Shown in pieces: positions 63,945 to 64,000 of a stretch of 64,000 nucleotides of DNA. The translations under genes and the position numbers were made by a program. Below the pieces are notes generated by a model. The model saw only the letters and a program-made list of their open reading frames with translations. It was not told the origin of the DNA and did no database searches. This DNA comes from Candidatus Woykebacteria bacterium RBG_13_40_15 (GTDB taxonomy: Bacteria > Patescibacteriota > Microgenomatia > Woykebacterales > RBG-16-39-9b), in NCBI GenBank assembly GCA_001816655.1, contig MHCP01000025.1, positions 14,428 through 78,427 of the forward strand. Reading direction: 5' to 3'. Positions within the stretch are counted from its first letter, which is position 1, and each line of letters opens with the position of its first letter.

Positions 63945-64000
63945 AAGAGTGCTACTTTTGTAAAGGAACAACTGAAGTAAAAAAAATTGATGTGGACTTT
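63941..64000 (+). CDS. YgiT-type (MqsA-like) zinc-finger protein, N-terminal 20 aa only (runs off window)
   Basis: MKECYFCKGTTEVKKIDVDF matches the CxxC start of MqsA/YgiT-type antitoxin zinc fingers. Confidence 0.4.
   Translation, partial: MKECYFCKGTTEVKKIDVDF

Overview
This is a low-GC (about 36-40%) bacterial chromosome segment, gene-dense and with many small proteins. The gene content suggests a Candidate Phyla Radiation / Patescibacteria-type genome, but that is inference only.

What the window contains:
- Housekeeping genes: glyA, gyrB-gyrA, holB, the trmD-KH-rpsP-rnc-acpP-nusB-rpmF block, recG, tyrS, PBP1A, pheST, infC-rpmI-rplT, thrS and clpP.
- A complete, secretin-less type IV pilus locus at 22.7-35.0 kb (pilB, pilT, pilC, a four-helix-bundle protein, pilD, two major pilins, four minor or pseudo-pilins, a PilX-like protein, pilM, pilN, pilO).
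- A peptidoglycan-tailoring neighbourhood: MurT/GatD, FemAB, a DegT aminotransferase, two paralogous lysozyme-like secreted proteins and an MFS transporter.
- Six tRNA genes, including a tightly packed Leu-Pro-Gln cluster.
- A separated response-regulator gene and sensor-kinase gene.
- A DUF4258 / YgiT-type toxin-antitoxin-like pair at the 3' edge.

Odd features that the gene list does not explain:
1. Six short GC-rich islets (about 50-55% GC), each bracketed by GC-rich hairpins. They encode an HTH protein, a second methyltransferase, a membrane protein and a 13-Cys zinc-ribbon-like protein driven by a perfect TTGACA-17-TATAAT promoter. One 0.5-kb islet (52.1-52.6 kb) has no ORF and is strongly structured; it may be a missing ncRNA or a gene remnant.
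2. A 35-bp unit repeated 3.7 times, each unit containing a perfect 8-bp-arm palindrome AGAAAGCT-TT-AGCTTTCT, directly upstream of the sensor-kinase gene. A fifth copy of the same promoter-proximal element precedes an unrelated gene 35 kb away.
3. A candidate ribosome-mediated attenuator in the thrS leader: a GTG-started leaderless 16-codon ORF with three consecutive Thr codons, plus overlapping antiterminator and terminator helices.
4. A perfect consensus promoter feeding straight into a hairpin terminator upstream of pheS.
5. infC starting on ATT.
6. An ACP homologue in the canonical acpP position that has lost the phosphopantetheine-attachment serine.
7. REP-like CTGCCTGCC/GGCAGGCAG palindromes.
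8. A recurrent GATATAAT extended -10 motif only 8-25 nt upstream of start codons, suggesting leaderless or short-leader transcripts.
9. Small non-ATG or translationally coupled membrane peptides.
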